Shown here piece by piece: positions 1-8,213 of a DNA stretch of 26,427 nucleotides. Both the position numbers and the translations under genes were made by a program. Location of the stretch: NCBI GenBank assembly GCA_041492755.1, contig JBGPXN010000057.1:1-26427 (forward strand). Reading direction: 5' to 3'. The stretch is from Candidatus Methylomirabilia bacterium (lineage in GTDB: Bacteria; Methylomirabilota; Methylomirabilia; Rokubacteriales; CSP1-6). Position 1 is the first letter of the stretch. Every line of letters starts with the position of its first letter. Below the pieces are notes generated by a model. That model made no database searches. It was given only the letters and a program-made list of their open reading frames with translations, and had not been told where the DNA came from.

Positions 1-2
1 GT

Positions 3-686
3 CGCAACTGCGGGGCCTCCGACGTCGTCATCGAGGGCGAGGAATCGGAGTACGAGATCTGGGCCGACGACCTGTACGAGCTGCTCCTCCAGCTCGACGC
101 GCTGCCGGCCTGCGTCGGTGGCGCCTCATCCGGCTGCCGGCTGTCGCTCCTGTTCGCCTTGCGTCATCCGGAAGCGGTTCGGGCGCTCCTCTTGTGGCGG
201 GTCACCGGCGGGGCCTTCGCGGCCGAACGCCTGGCCCAGAACTACTACAGCCAGTTCATCGAGGTCGCGCAGCGGGGCGGCATGGCGGCGGTCTGCGAGA
301 CGGAGTTCTTCCGGGAGCGGATCGACAGCAATCCGGCGAATCGCGACCGGCTTCTGGGCATGGATCCCAAACGCTTCGTCGACGTCATGGCCCACTGGCG
401 CGAGTACTTCGTTCGCGACGCCGCGCTGCCCGTCATCGGAGCCAGTGCCGACACGCTGCGCTCCATCGCCGTCCCCGCCTGCGTCATTCCCGGGAACGAC
501 TGGACGCATCCGCGTCGCGTGGGGGAGACCGCGAGTCGGCTCCTGCCCAGCGGCGAGCTGCACGTCCTGTTTCCACACGATGTGGAGGTCGACGTCTTCA
601 CCGAAGGCTGGGACGAGAAACGAGAGGCGATGGCGGCGATCTTCGTCGACTTCCTGAACCGGGTTTCCGTCGCGGCGCCGGTATAG
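3..686 (+). CDS. Alpha/beta fold hydrolase, 5'-truncated by the window edge
   Basis: The frame of ORF 159..686 is open back to position 3 (RNCGASDVVIEGEESEYEIWADDLYELLLQLDALPACVGGASSGCRLSLLFALRHPEAVRALLL). It has a G-x-S-x-G nucleophile elbow (GASSG), the 'HPEAVRALLL' strand and an 'IPGND' acid region. Confidence 0.88.
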   Translation, partial: RNCGASDVVIEGEESEYEIWADDLYELLLQLDALPACVGGASSGCRLSLLFALRHPEAVRALLLWRVTGGAFAAERLAQNYYSQFIEVAQRGGMAAVCETEFFRERIDSNPANRDRLLGMDPKRFVDVMAHWREYFVRDAALPVIGASADTLRSIAVPACVIPGNDWTHPRRVGETASRLLPSGELHVLFPHDVEVDVFTEGWDEKREAMAAIFVDFLNRVSVAAPV

Positions 687-797
687 CGGAACGCTCGAGG
701 CGGCGGGTGCGGCGTGCGGCGAAGCAAATCGGCCTGGCGTGAAGTTCTGCCGGAAGTGGAGTGAACTCCTGGCTCAGGCCGGCATCTCCTCAGCCGC

Positions 798-1166
798 CTA
801 CAGCGTCATGAGGAATTCGAAGTGCCCGTCGGCGTGTTCCAACCCCACACCGTGGTGCCGGGCGCACGCGGCGATCAGGACGTCGATGGCCGGCGCCGTC
901 TTCCCGGCTTTGCGGCACCGGCTCGCCAGGGCGCAGGCGGCCGCCCACACCTCGTCAGTGATGGCAAGCTCGGGAAGCGTCTGCTCGAAGTCGCGCAGGA
1001 TCCTCCGATCGCTCTCGTCCCCGACACCATTCCAGAGCTCGAGCCGGATCGCCGGACACCAGGCGGCATCCCCGCTCTCGAGCAACTGTCTGACCCGGTC
1101 GGCGATCTGGGAATCGCCGCGTCGGCGCAGGCAATGCACCCAGCTCGACGAGTCGACGAGCTTCAC
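798..1166 (-). CDS. vapC: PIN-domain ribonuclease toxin (VapC family)
   Basis: 122 aa. Has LVDSSSW, IRLELWNG, AIDVLIAACA and HADGHF, the acidic PIN motifs, and lies directly downstream of a small antitoxin gene. Confidence 0.92.
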   Translation of the reverse strand: MKLVDSSSWVHCLRRRGDSQIADRVRQLLESGDAAWCPAIRLELWNGVGDESDRRILRDFEQTLPELAITDEVWAAACALASRCRKAGKTAPAIDVLIAACARHHGVGLEHADGHFEFLMTL

Positions 1167-1173
1167 GGCCGGT

Positions 1174-1377
1174 TCATTCCGTGCGGCGCAACTTCATCAG
1201 TTCCGCGTGCGTCATGAACGTGTCCGACACCCCGAAGTGCTTGGTGAGCGCCGCGAGGCGCTTCCGCCGGTTGAAGTCCTTCAGCGCCGTGACGACGGCC
1301 TCCCGCTTGGTGGTCGCGCCGGTGAATCGCATGGCATCCTTGAGCTCCTTTTCTGGAATATCGATCGTGGTCTTCAT
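1174..1377 (-). CDS. vapB: VapB-type antitoxin (67 aa)
   Basis: MKTTIDIPEKELKDAMRFTGATTKREAVVTAL matches the 'MRTTIDID..L...A...G..TK.E.V..AL' VapB pattern. The start is the ATG at 1377, not the longer ORF start at 1650. Confidence 0.88.
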   Translation of the reverse strand: MKTTIDIPEKELKDAMRFTGATTKREAVVTALKDFNRRKRLAALTKHFGVSDTFMTHAELMKLRRTE

Positions 1378-1413
1378 GGCATCCACGTTAGCCGGTCGTG
1401 GAATCCCATTCAA
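1378..1413 (-). promoter_or_regulatory. Sigma70-like leaderless vapBC promoter with an overlapping inverted repeat (candidate auto-repression operator)
   Basis: Minus strand reads TTGAAT(1413-1408)-N17-TAACGT(1390-1385)-7 nt-ATG. The inverted repeat ggcatccacg(1378-1387)/cgtggaatcc(1397-1406) overlaps the -10 box. Confidence 0.6.
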
Positions 1414-1513
1414 CCGCTCCCAGAATCTCCTCCGAGCGTATAGGCTAGTGCCCACCCGGGCGAGGACGTGAAGCTCAAGGGCAAGTGAGCGCCCCCGAGG
1501 TGAGGGAGGTACC

Positions 1514-2188
1514 ATGACGACGACGAAGACTCCGTTGTCCGAAATCATCCCGGTCAGCGATCTTGCCTGGCAGGAACGGCAGCCCGGGCTCCGGACGAAG
1601 ACCATCTGGGAGCACCCGGAGAGCAAGCGACGGGCGGTCATGACCCGCATCGACCCGGAGGCGAAACTGCCGCTTCATCGACACGTCGGCGACGAGCTTG
1701 TCTTCGTCATCGAAGGCGCCATCTCGGATGACTTCGGGACGGTGACCGCCGGGAACATGGGCTACCGGCCGAACGGCTGTGTCCATACCGTCTCGACCCC
1801 GAACGGGGCGACGGTGCTCGCGTTCATCACCGGCGGGGTCGAGCTGCTCGCGGAGGGGGGCAGCGGACCACCGTCGCAGATCTTCTCGCTCAGTGAGCTG
1901 CCCTGGATCGAGGCGCGCAAGGGAGTGCGCCAGAAGAGGATCTGGGAAGACAAGGCGAACGAGCGCCGGGCGATCCTGGCGCGGTTCGAGCCGGGAGCGA
2001 CGCTGCCGAGGCATCGTCACGTCGGCGACGAGCTGATCTTCATCGTCGAAGGCGCAAACGCCGACGAATCCGGCGTGGTGGCCACCGGCAACATGAATTA
2101 CCGGCCGAACGGGTGCGTGCACACGGTGACCACCAAGAACGGCGCCACCGTCCTGGCCGTCGTCTGGGGGCACACGGAGCCGGTATGA
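1514..2188 (+). CDS. Tandem (bi)cupin, ChrR/Cupin_7-like metal-binding protein
   Basis: Two 112-aa-period repeats, each with LPxHRHVGDEL.F..EG and YRPNGCVHTV. RBS GGGAGGT lies upstream of the ATG. Confidence 0.85.
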   Translation: MTTTKTPLSEIIPVSDLAWQERQPGLRTKTIWEHPESKRRAVMTRIDPEAKLPLHRHVGDELVFVIEGAISDDFGTVTAGNMGYRPNGCVHTVSTPNGATVLAFITGGVELLAEGGSGPPSQIFSLSELPWIEARKGVRQKRIWEDKANERRAILARFEPGATLPRHRHVGDELIFIVEGANADESGVVATGNMNYRPNGCVHTVTTKNGATVLAVVWGHTEPV

Positions 2189-2216
2189 ACGCGACGGCCG
2201 TGCGGCGTCCGCGGGT

Positions 2217-3221
2217 GTGCGGGTGAACGGGTCCCCGCCGCTGCTGGTGGTCGAAGACCTCAAGACCCACTTCTTCACCCGTCGCGGGATCACCAGGGCG
2301 GTGGACGGGGTGAGCTTCACCCTGCAGGCCGGCGAGACGCTGGCCCTCGTCGGAGAGTCCGGGTCGGGGAAGTCCGTGACGTGCCTGTCGCTGGTGCGGC
2401 TCGTCCCCGAGCCCGCCGGCCGGATCGTCGGAGGCCGGGTGCTGCTCGGGGGCGAGGATCTGCTCACCAAGAGTCCCGCGGAGATGCGGCGCGTGCGTGG
2501 CAAGCAGATCGCCATGGTGTTGCAGGACCCGATGACGTCGCTCAATCCCGCGTTGCACATCGGAACGCAGGTGGGCGAGGTCGTGCGGCTCCATCAGGGC
2601 CTGCGCGGCTCCTCGCTGCGGGAGAAGGTGCTGGAGGCGCTGTTGCGGCTGCGCATCCCGGGCGCCAGCACGCGGCTCCGCGACTACCAGCACCAGCTCA
2701 GCGGGGGGATGCGGCAGCGCGTGGCGAGCGCCATCGGCATGTCGTGCGCGCCGCGCCTGCTCATCGCGGATGAGCCGACCACCGCGCTGGACGTGACCAT
2801 CCAGGCGCAGTACCTCGAGCTGCTCAAGGAGGTGCAGCGCGCGACCGGGGTGGCCGTCATCCTCGTCACGCACGATTTCGGCATCGTGGCGGCCAATGCC
2901 GATCGGGTCGCCGTGATGTATGCCGGGAAGATCGTCGAGATGGGGAGCACGCTCCGGGTGTTCGACCACCCCGCCCACCCCTATACGCAGGCGCTCCTGC
3001 GCTGCCTGCCCGACGTCGATCTCAAGCGTGAACGCCTGATCGAGATCGGCGGACAACCGCCTGACCTCGCGCAGCTCCCGCCCGGGTGCCCCTTCGCCCC
3101 CCGGTGTCCCAAGCGCCAGCCGATCTGCGACGAGGCCTATCCCCCAGCGGTGACCGTCGACGATGGCCACGTGGCCCGGTGCTGGGCGATCTCCGCCGCG
3201 GCGGCCCCCGCCCCGCGATGA
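2217..3221 (+). CDS. Oligopeptide/dipeptide ABC transporter ATP-binding protein (OppD/DppD-like)
   Basis: Walker A GESGSGKS, signature LSGGMRQR, Walker B LIADEPTTALD, HPYT motif and C-terminal GCPFAPRC. The start could be 2217 or 2223. Confidence 0.95.
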   Translation: MRVNGSPPLLVVEDLKTHFFTRRGITRAVDGVSFTLQAGETLALVGESGSGKSVTCLSLVRLVPEPAGRIVGGRVLLGGEDLLTKSPAEMRRVRGKQIAMVLQDPMTSLNPALHIGTQVGEVVRLHQGLRGSSLREKVLEALLRLRIPGASTRLRDYQHQLSGGMRQRVASAIGMSCAPRLLIADEPTTALDVTIQAQYLELLKEVQRATGVAVILVTHDFGIVAANADRVAVMYAGKIVEMGSTLRVFDHPAHPYTQALLRCLPDVDLKRERLIEIGGQPPDLAQLPPGCPFAPRCPKRQPICDEAYPPAVTVDDGHVARCWAISAAAAPAPR

Positions 3222-4177
3222 CCCTGAAAGGCGTCGGGCTGAAGAAGCACTTCCCCGTCACCGGCGGCTTCGGCGTGGGCGGGGTGCGCGGCTGGATCAA
3301 GGCGGTGGACGGCGTGAGCGTCGAGGTCAGCGAGGCCGAAACGCTGGGGATCGTGGGCGAGTCGGGGTCCGGCAAGACGACCCTGGCCAAGATCTTCCTC
3401 TTGCTGGAACGCCCCACGGCCGGCTCCCTGCTCTTCGATGGCCAGGACACCCGGACCTTCGCCCGCGCCGACCTCGCGCGCTACCGCCGCTCGGTGCAGG
3501 CGGTGTTTCAGGATCCGTACAGCTCGCTGAATCCCCGGATGCGGGTCGAGCACATCGTGGCCGAGCCGCTTCCGTCCGGCAACGGCACGAGCCGGGCCGT
3601 GGCGCGGGAGCGCGTCGGGGAGGTCCTGGAGCTGGTCGGACTCAGGCGGGGGAGCGCCGCGCTCTACCCGCACGAATTCAGCGGTGGGCAACGGCAGCGC
3701 ATCGCCATCGCCCGCGCCCTCGTGACCTACCCGAAGTTCATCGTCCTGGACGAGCCGGTGTCGGCCCTGGACGTCTCCATCCGGGCCCAGATCCTCAATC
3801 TCCTGAAGGGGCTTCAAGAGCGGCTGGGGCTGGCGTACGTCATGATCTCCCACGATCTGGCGGCTGCGCGTTACCTCTCGACCCACCTGGCCGTCATGTA
3901 CGCGGGAAAGCTCGTGGAGACGGGGGAGTGCGACGCCGTCTACACCGAGCCACTGCATCCCTACACGCAAGCGCTCCTGTCGGCCGCCCTGCCGCTGCAT
4001 CCAGCAGCCCGGCGGCAGCGCATCGTCCTGTCCGGCGAAGTGCCCAACCCGATGGATCCGCCCACGGGCTGCCGGTTTCATCCGCGCTGTCCGAAAGCCA
4101 TGCCCCAGTGCAGCACGCAGGAGCCGGAGTGGCGGGAGGTGAAGCCGGGGCACGCCACGGCCTGTCACCTGTATTGA
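3218..4177 (+). CDS. Oligopeptide/dipeptide ABC transporter ATP-binding protein (OppF/DppF-like)
   Basis: ATG at 3218 overlaps the previous stop (ATGA). Has GESGSGKT, FSGGQRQR, VLDEPVSALD, HPYT, GCRFHPRC and ends ACHLY. Confidence 0.95.
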   Translation: MTLKGVGLKKHFPVTGGFGVGGVRGWIKAVDGVSVEVSEAETLGIVGESGSGKTTLAKIFLLLERPTAGSLLFDGQDTRTFARADLARYRRSVQAVFQDPYSSLNPRMRVEHIVAEPLPSGNGTSRAVARERVGEVLELVGLRRGSAALYPHEFSGGQRQRIAIARALVTYPKFIVLDEPVSALDVSIRAQILNLLKGLQERLGLAYVMISHDLAAARYLSTHLAVMYAGKLVETGECDAVYTEPLHPYTQALLSAALPLHPAARRQRIVLSGEVPNPMDPPTGCRFHPRCPKAMPQCSTQEPEWREVKPGHATACHLY

Positions 4178-5190
4178 CCTCGCCCCCGCGCTTCGGCTTC
4201 TTCTTCTGGCCCTACACGTCGGACTACACGACGCGCATGGCGACGCTCGGCGAGGACCTGGGCTGGGATCTCGTCGGGATCGCCGACACGCCGGGCAACG
4301 CGATGGACGTATGGGTCGCGCTCGCGCTCGCCGCGATGCGGACCGAGCGCGTCCCGCTGGCGGCGTGCGTGACCAATCTGGTGACGCGCCATCCGGCGCT
4401 CACCGCCGGCGCCGCCGCCTCCGTCGATGCGGTCTCGGCCGGGCGGCTCATCCTCGGACTCGGGACCGGTCACAGCGGAGTCACCAACGTCGGCACGTCG
4501 TCATCGTCGCCGGAGGCGTTTCGCCGCGGCCTCGCCTTCACGCGCGCGCTGCTGGCCGGCGAGCGGGCGACGCTGGACGGCGCGTCGACTCAGCTCCCAC
4601 CACTCGGCCGGCGCGTGCCCGTCTACGCGGCGGCATCGGGGCCCGGCGCGCTCCGCACCGCCGGCGCCGTCGCCGACGGCGTCTTCGTCAACCACGGCTT
4701 GGCCGCCGAGCACGTCGCGCGGGCGCGCGGCCTGGTGGCCGAGGGCGCGCGGGAGACCGGCCGCGCGGTGGAGGACGTCGACGTCTGGTGGATCGCGTGC
4801 CTGGACGTGAACGAGCGCCGTGACGTCGCGCTCGAGAAGCTCGGCAACATCCTCGGGTTCGTAGCCGCCTACGTCGTCGGGCCCGCGCCCGAGCAGCGCG
4901 GCGTCCCACCCGCGCTCGTGCCCGCGATCCGCCAGCTCCGGCAGCAGTACACGACGCACCGGGCGAAGATGGATCCGGCGCTCACGCGCACGCTCGGCGT
5001 GTTCGACTACCTGCGCGCGCGTCTCGCGATTGCCGGCACGCCCGAGGACTGCATCGAGCAGGTCCGCGCCGCGCTTCAGGCCGGGGCGCGGAATCTCATG
5101 TTCACCGTGAGCCTCGCGTCCGACCCCGTGCGCACGGTGGAGCTGTTCGGCCGTGAGGTGCTTCCGGCCGTCCGGCGCGCCGGCTGGTAG
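4174..5190 (+). CDS. LLM-class (luciferase-like) flavin/F420-dependent oxidoreductase
   Basis: This is the C-terminal half of ORF 3163..5190. TTG at 4174 overlaps the previous stop (TTGA). Motifs: VTNLVTRHPALTA, GRLILGLGTG, VPVYAAASGP, AGAVADGV, IAGTPEDC, ELFGREVLP. Confidence 0.9.
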   Translation: MTSPPRFGFFFWPYTSDYTTRMATLGEDLGWDLVGIADTPGNAMDVWVALALAAMRTERVPLAACVTNLVTRHPALTAGAAASVDAVSAGRLILGLGTGHSGVTNVGTSSSSPEAFRRGLAFTRALLAGERATLDGASTQLPPLGRRVPVYAAASGPGALRTAGAVADGVFVNHGLAAEHVARARGLVAEGARETGRAVEDVDVWWIACLDVNERRDVALEKLGNILGFVAAYVVGPAPEQRGVPPALVPAIRQLRQQYTTHRAKMDPALTRTLGVFDYLRARLAIAGTPEDCIEQVRAALQAGARNLMFTVSLASDPVRTVELFGREVLPAVRRAGW

Positions 5191-5199
5191 AATCCGCCG
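5185..5199 (+). promoter_or_regulatory. Extended -10 leaderless promoter for the Gfo/Idh/MocA gene
   Basis: TG-G-TAGAAT (5185-5193), which uses the LLM stop codon TAG, then 6 nt and the ATG at 5200. There is no Shine-Dalgarno sequence. Confidence 0.5.
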
Positions 5200-6285
5200 A
5201 TGCCCCTGCGGGTTGCCGCCATCGAAGTCAGCCACTGGCACTCGCTGTACGACGCGGCGTATCTTCGCCACTTCGCCGGCATGCCCGACGTGCAGCTCGT
5301 CGGCGTCCACGATCCGAATCCCAAAATCGCGGCCCACCGCGCGGCGGCCGTCGGCAATCCGCCCACCTTCACGGACTACCGCGAGATGCTGGCGGCGACG
5401 CGCCCGGACTTCGTGCTCGCGCTCGGCCGGCCTCGCGCGATGACCGAGATTGCCCACTACCTCCTCGACCACGGCTATCCGTTCCTGATGGAGAAACCCA
5501 TCGGGATCGACGCGGACGCGGTGCGGTCCGTCGCCGACAAGGCGGCGGCCAAGCGGGCGTTCGTCGCGGTGCCGCACTTCCAGCGGTACCACCCGTTCAC
5601 GACCCACGCGCGGCGGCTGCTCGCCGCCGGGCGGTTCGGGCCGCTGTCGCACCTGTACTTCCGCCTCAATCGGCCGACCTCCGCGCGGTATGCCGGGTGG
5701 GACTCCCCCTGGATGCTCGATCCGGCCGTCGCGGGCGGGGGGTGCCTGCGCAACCTCGGCGCCCACGGGCTGGATTTCTTCCTGTTCGTCACGGGCGAGG
5801 ACGCGCGGGTGACGGGGGCGCAGCTGAGCTGGCGCGCGCACGGTCAGCCGGTGGAGGACTACGCGTCGGTGCTGCTCCGCTCGGCCGGCGGCGTGCTCGG
5901 GACGGTCGAAGTCGGCAACACGTATCCCGGCACCGGCACCGACCGCGAGTGGAAGGTGTCCGGCCGCGACGCCCTCCTGCTCCTGGCGCCCGACGACACC
6001 ATCCGCCTGGTGACGGCGACCGGCGAAGAGACCATGCCCGGCGCGCCGCCGGAGCCGCTCGCCCGCGTCGCCGTGCGCGACGCCCTCGACCATTTCACGC
6101 GCGGCGCGCCGCCGCCGATCAGCGTCCACGACACGCTGCGGGCGGTCGAGCTCATCGACCAAGCCTACGCGCTCGCAGGCCGATTTCCTTCGGAGGGGGC
6201 CTCGGCGGCCCCCTCCGATGCCTCCCCCGGGGAGTGGCGCGGGCAAAGCCCGCCTTCGAATGAAGAGTCATCGCCTGACATCTGA
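5200..6285 (+). CDS. Gfo/Idh/MocA family NAD(P)-dependent oxidoreductase
   Basis: Has LVGVHD, DYREML, LMEKP, AGGGCLRNLGAHGLD and VEDYASVLL. The last ~33 aa are largely encoded by a repeat element. Confidence 0.9.
   Translation: MPLRVAAIEVSHWHSLYDAAYLRHFAGMPDVQLVGVHDPNPKIAAHRAAAVGNPPTFTDYREMLAATRPDFVLALGRPRAMTEIAHYLLDHGYPFLMEKPIGIDADAVRSVADKAAAKRAFVAVPHFQRYHPFTTHARRLLAAGRFGPLSHLYFRLNRPTSARYAGWDSPWMLDPAVAGGGCLRNLGAHGLDFFLFVTGEDARVTGAQLSWRAHGQPVEDYASVLLRSAGGVLGTVEVGNTYPGTGTDREWKVSGRDALLLLAPDDTIRLVTATGEETMPGAPPEPLARVAVRDALDHFTRGAPPPISVHDTLRAVELIDQAYALAGRFPSEGASAAPSDASPGEWRGQSPPSNEESSPDI
6190..6260 (-). repeat. Dispersed multi-hairpin palindromic repeat (REP-like), copy 1, inside the 3' end of the Gfo gene
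   Basis: Perfect 12-bp stem tcggagggggcc(6190-6201)/ggccccctccga(6207-6218) and a gcgggc-aaa-gcccgc stem (6239-6253). Its reverse complement aligns with 17416-17488. Confidence 0.8.
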
Positions 6286-6361
6286 ATGGTGTTGATCGGC
6301 CTGTACGCTCGGTAGGCCGGCGCCCGCCGAATAGGCCTGGACGGAGAATGAAGGAGGAATC

Positions 6362-7213
6362 GTGGGGCGACTGGATGGGAAGGTCGTGGTGGTGACGGGG
6401 GCGAGCCGGGGGATTGGGGCGGAGATCGCGCGGCTATTCGCCGCCGAGGGCGCGCGGGTGATCTGCGCGGCGCGCACGGTGCGGGAGGGGGAGCATCAGT
6501 TGGCCGGATCGCTGGAGACGACGGTGGACGGTATTCGGGCCGCCGGCGGCGAGGCGCGGGCGATCGCGGCCAACATTGCCGAGCCCAGCGAGTGCGAGAA
6601 GCTGATGGCCGCCACCCGCGAGATCTATGGTCCTGTGGACGTGCTCGTCAACAACGCCGCGCTGACGTACTACGTGCCCGTGAAGGACTATGCGGTCAAC
6701 AGGTGGCTGCGCTCGTGGGCGGTCAATCTCCACGCGCCGTTCATTCTCAGCCAGCTCGCGCTGGGCGACATGATCCCGCGGCGCACGGGCGCGATCGTCA
6801 ACATCTCCTCCGGCGCCGCCATTGGTCCCGGCCGCGGCCCGTATCCCGACCCGGCCGTCGGCGCCCGCGGCGGAACCTGTTACGGCGCGGAGAAGGCGGC
6901 GCTGGAGCGGTTCACGCAGGGGCTGGCGTCCGAGGTCTACCAGTACGGCGTTTCGGTGACGTGCGTCTCGCCGTCGCGGATCGTGCCGACGCCGGGCACG
7001 GTGTATCACAAGCTCGTCCGCTCCCTGGACGACGAGCGCGGAGAGCCGCCCGCGCTCATGGCCCAGGCCGCGCTGTTGCTTGCCACCGAGCCGCTCGATC
7101 GCGTCACCGGCCGCGTGACGTATAGTCAGCAGATCTTGAAGGAGTACGGCTGGATCACCGAAGCCCGCGGCCGCGGCGTCGACACTCGCGGCAGCGGGTA
7201 TTCCGAAGCTTAG
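6362..7213 (+). CDS. SDR family NAD(P)-dependent oxidoreductase
   Basis: TGASRGIG, LVNNAA, IVNISS and catalytic YxxxK (YGAEK). RBS AAGGAGG precedes the GTG start. Confidence 0.93.
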   Translation: MGRLDGKVVVVTGASRGIGAEIARLFAAEGARVICAARTVREGEHQLAGSLETTVDGIRAAGGEARAIAANIAEPSECEKLMAATREIYGPVDVLVNNAALTYYVPVKDYAVNRWLRSWAVNLHAPFILSQLALGDMIPRRTGAIVNISSGAAIGPGRGPYPDPAVGARGGTCYGAEKAALERFTQGLASEVYQYGVSVTCVSPSRIVPTPGTVYHKLVRSLDDERGEPPALMAQAALLLATEPLDRVTGRVTYSQQILKEYGWITEARGRGVDTRGSGYSEA

Positions 7214-7229
7214 AAGGAGTCGGATCTCC

Positions 7230-7640
7230 ATGAGCGACATGACACTGATGCTGGCGCAGCGTGGAGTCGAAGCGGCCATGGCGAAGGCGAAGGTGCTCGG
7301 CACGCCGATGACGGTGAGCGTCGTGGACGACGCGGGCCGCATCGTGCTGATCGCGCGCGGCGACGGCACCGGGTTCTTCACCCCCGACACGTCGCTGGGC
7401 AAGGCCGTCGGGGCGGCGGCGTTCCGCCGGCCGACGAAGGACATGGGCGAGATGTACTCGAAGGGCTCCGCATTCTGGGAGCAGGTCGCGTCCGCCCTTC
7501 CCGGCCAGATCCTGCCCAGCATCGGCGGCGTGCCGGTGACCGTGGGCGGGCAGGTGATCGGCGCGGTCGGCTGCGGCGGAGGCACGGGCGAGCAGGACCA
7601 CGAGTGCGCGGTCGCCGCCGCCGAGGCGATGACGCGGTAG
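7230..7640 (+). CDS. GlcG/HbpS-family heme-binding protein
   Basis: 136 aa with VSVVDDAG, KA..AAAFRRPT and GGVPV...GQVIGAVGCGGG...QDHECA. RBS AAGGAG. Confidence 0.9.
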   Translation: MSDMTLMLAQRGVEAAMAKAKVLGTPMTVSVVDDAGRIVLIARGDGTGFFTPDTSLGKAVGAAAFRRPTKDMGEMYSKGSAFWEQVASALPGQILPSIGGVPVTVGGQVIGAVGCGGGTGEQDHECAVAAAEAMTR

Positions 7641-7682
7641 CATCGGCTGGGCCGATGACGTAGGCCGGGTTTTCCCGCTACG
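7641..7682. terminator. Two hairpins between convergent genes (possible terminator)
   Basis: catcggc-tgg-gccgatg (7641-7657) and cgtag..cggg-tttt-cccg-ctacg (7659-7682). There is no strong U-tract. Confidence 0.3.
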
Positions 7683-7688
7683 CCGCGA

Positions 7689-8030
7689 TCAGAGAAGGAC
7701 CGCTGACGCTCCGTTGCTCGTCTGCGCCGCCGTAAAGTTCACGGTCTCCCGGAAGAACGCGGCGTCTTCGTGGAACCGGAGTGGCCCGTTGGGAGTATTC
7801 AGATCGACGCGCCGACCGAGGATTTCCGATAGCTCGTCCTGCATTCTGAAGAACGCCAGCCCGGGGGGTTTGCCCGGCTCGAACTCGACGAGAACGTCCA
7901 CGTCGCTATCCGGCGTGAAGTCATCGCGCAGGACGGAGCCGAAGAACGCCAGGCGGCGGATGTGGTGACGACGGCAGAACTCGGCGATCCGTTCTCGGGG
8001 TACCTGGATGCGGGCTCGCCGGGCACTCAT
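7689..8030 (-). CDS. MNT (minimal nucleotidyltransferase, MntA-like antitoxin) with an aberrant, probably chimeric C-terminus and no HEPN partner
   Basis: IAEFCRRHHIRRLAFFGSVLRDDFTPDSDVDVLVEF...ELSEILGRRVDLNTP carries the GS/DxD MNT motifs. The sequence diverges from the family after NTP. Confidence 0.8.
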   Translation of the reverse strand: MSARRARIQVPRERIAEFCRRHHIRRLAFFGSVLRDDFTPDSDVDVLVEFEPGKPPGLAFFRMQDELSEILGRRVDLNTPNGPLRFHEDAAFFRETVNFTAAQTSNGASAVLL

Positions 8031-8174
8031 GACACAGGAACGACCTTGAGGCCCTCGATCCCGTTCACTGAGCCGTCCGGGCTCGGGCCATGCCGCCTCC
8101 CGGGCGCGTCGCAGGCGCCCAAAGTTGCCTCAATATACCCGATGGACTGCGGGTAACCGCCAACGTCCGTGCGC

Positions 8175-8183
8175 TGCTACACT
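8175..8183 (+). promoter_or_regulatory. Extended -10 element upstream of the amidohydrolase
   Basis: TG-C-TACACT lies about 30 nt before the ATG at 8214, with RBS AAAGGAG in between. Confidence 0.4.
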
Positions 8184-8213
8184 CGCGGGCGGGCAACGAA
8201 AGGAGCGCGAGCC

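Noticed and set aside
1378..1650. N-terminal extension of ORF 1174..1650
   Set aside because: It overlaps the cupin gene on the other strand and the vapBC promoter. VapB similarity starts at MKTTID.
3163..4173. N-terminal half of the 675-aa ORF 3163..5190
   Set aside because: It is an Arg/Pro/Gly-rich off-frame shadow of the OppF-like gene. The real LLM protein starts at about 4174.
4501..6246. Long antisense ORFs (e.g. 4501..6246, 8130..9284, 12109..13419, 17872..19500, 21208..22587)
   Set aside because: They mirror well-supported genes, have no recognisable motifs, and are expected in high-GC DNA.
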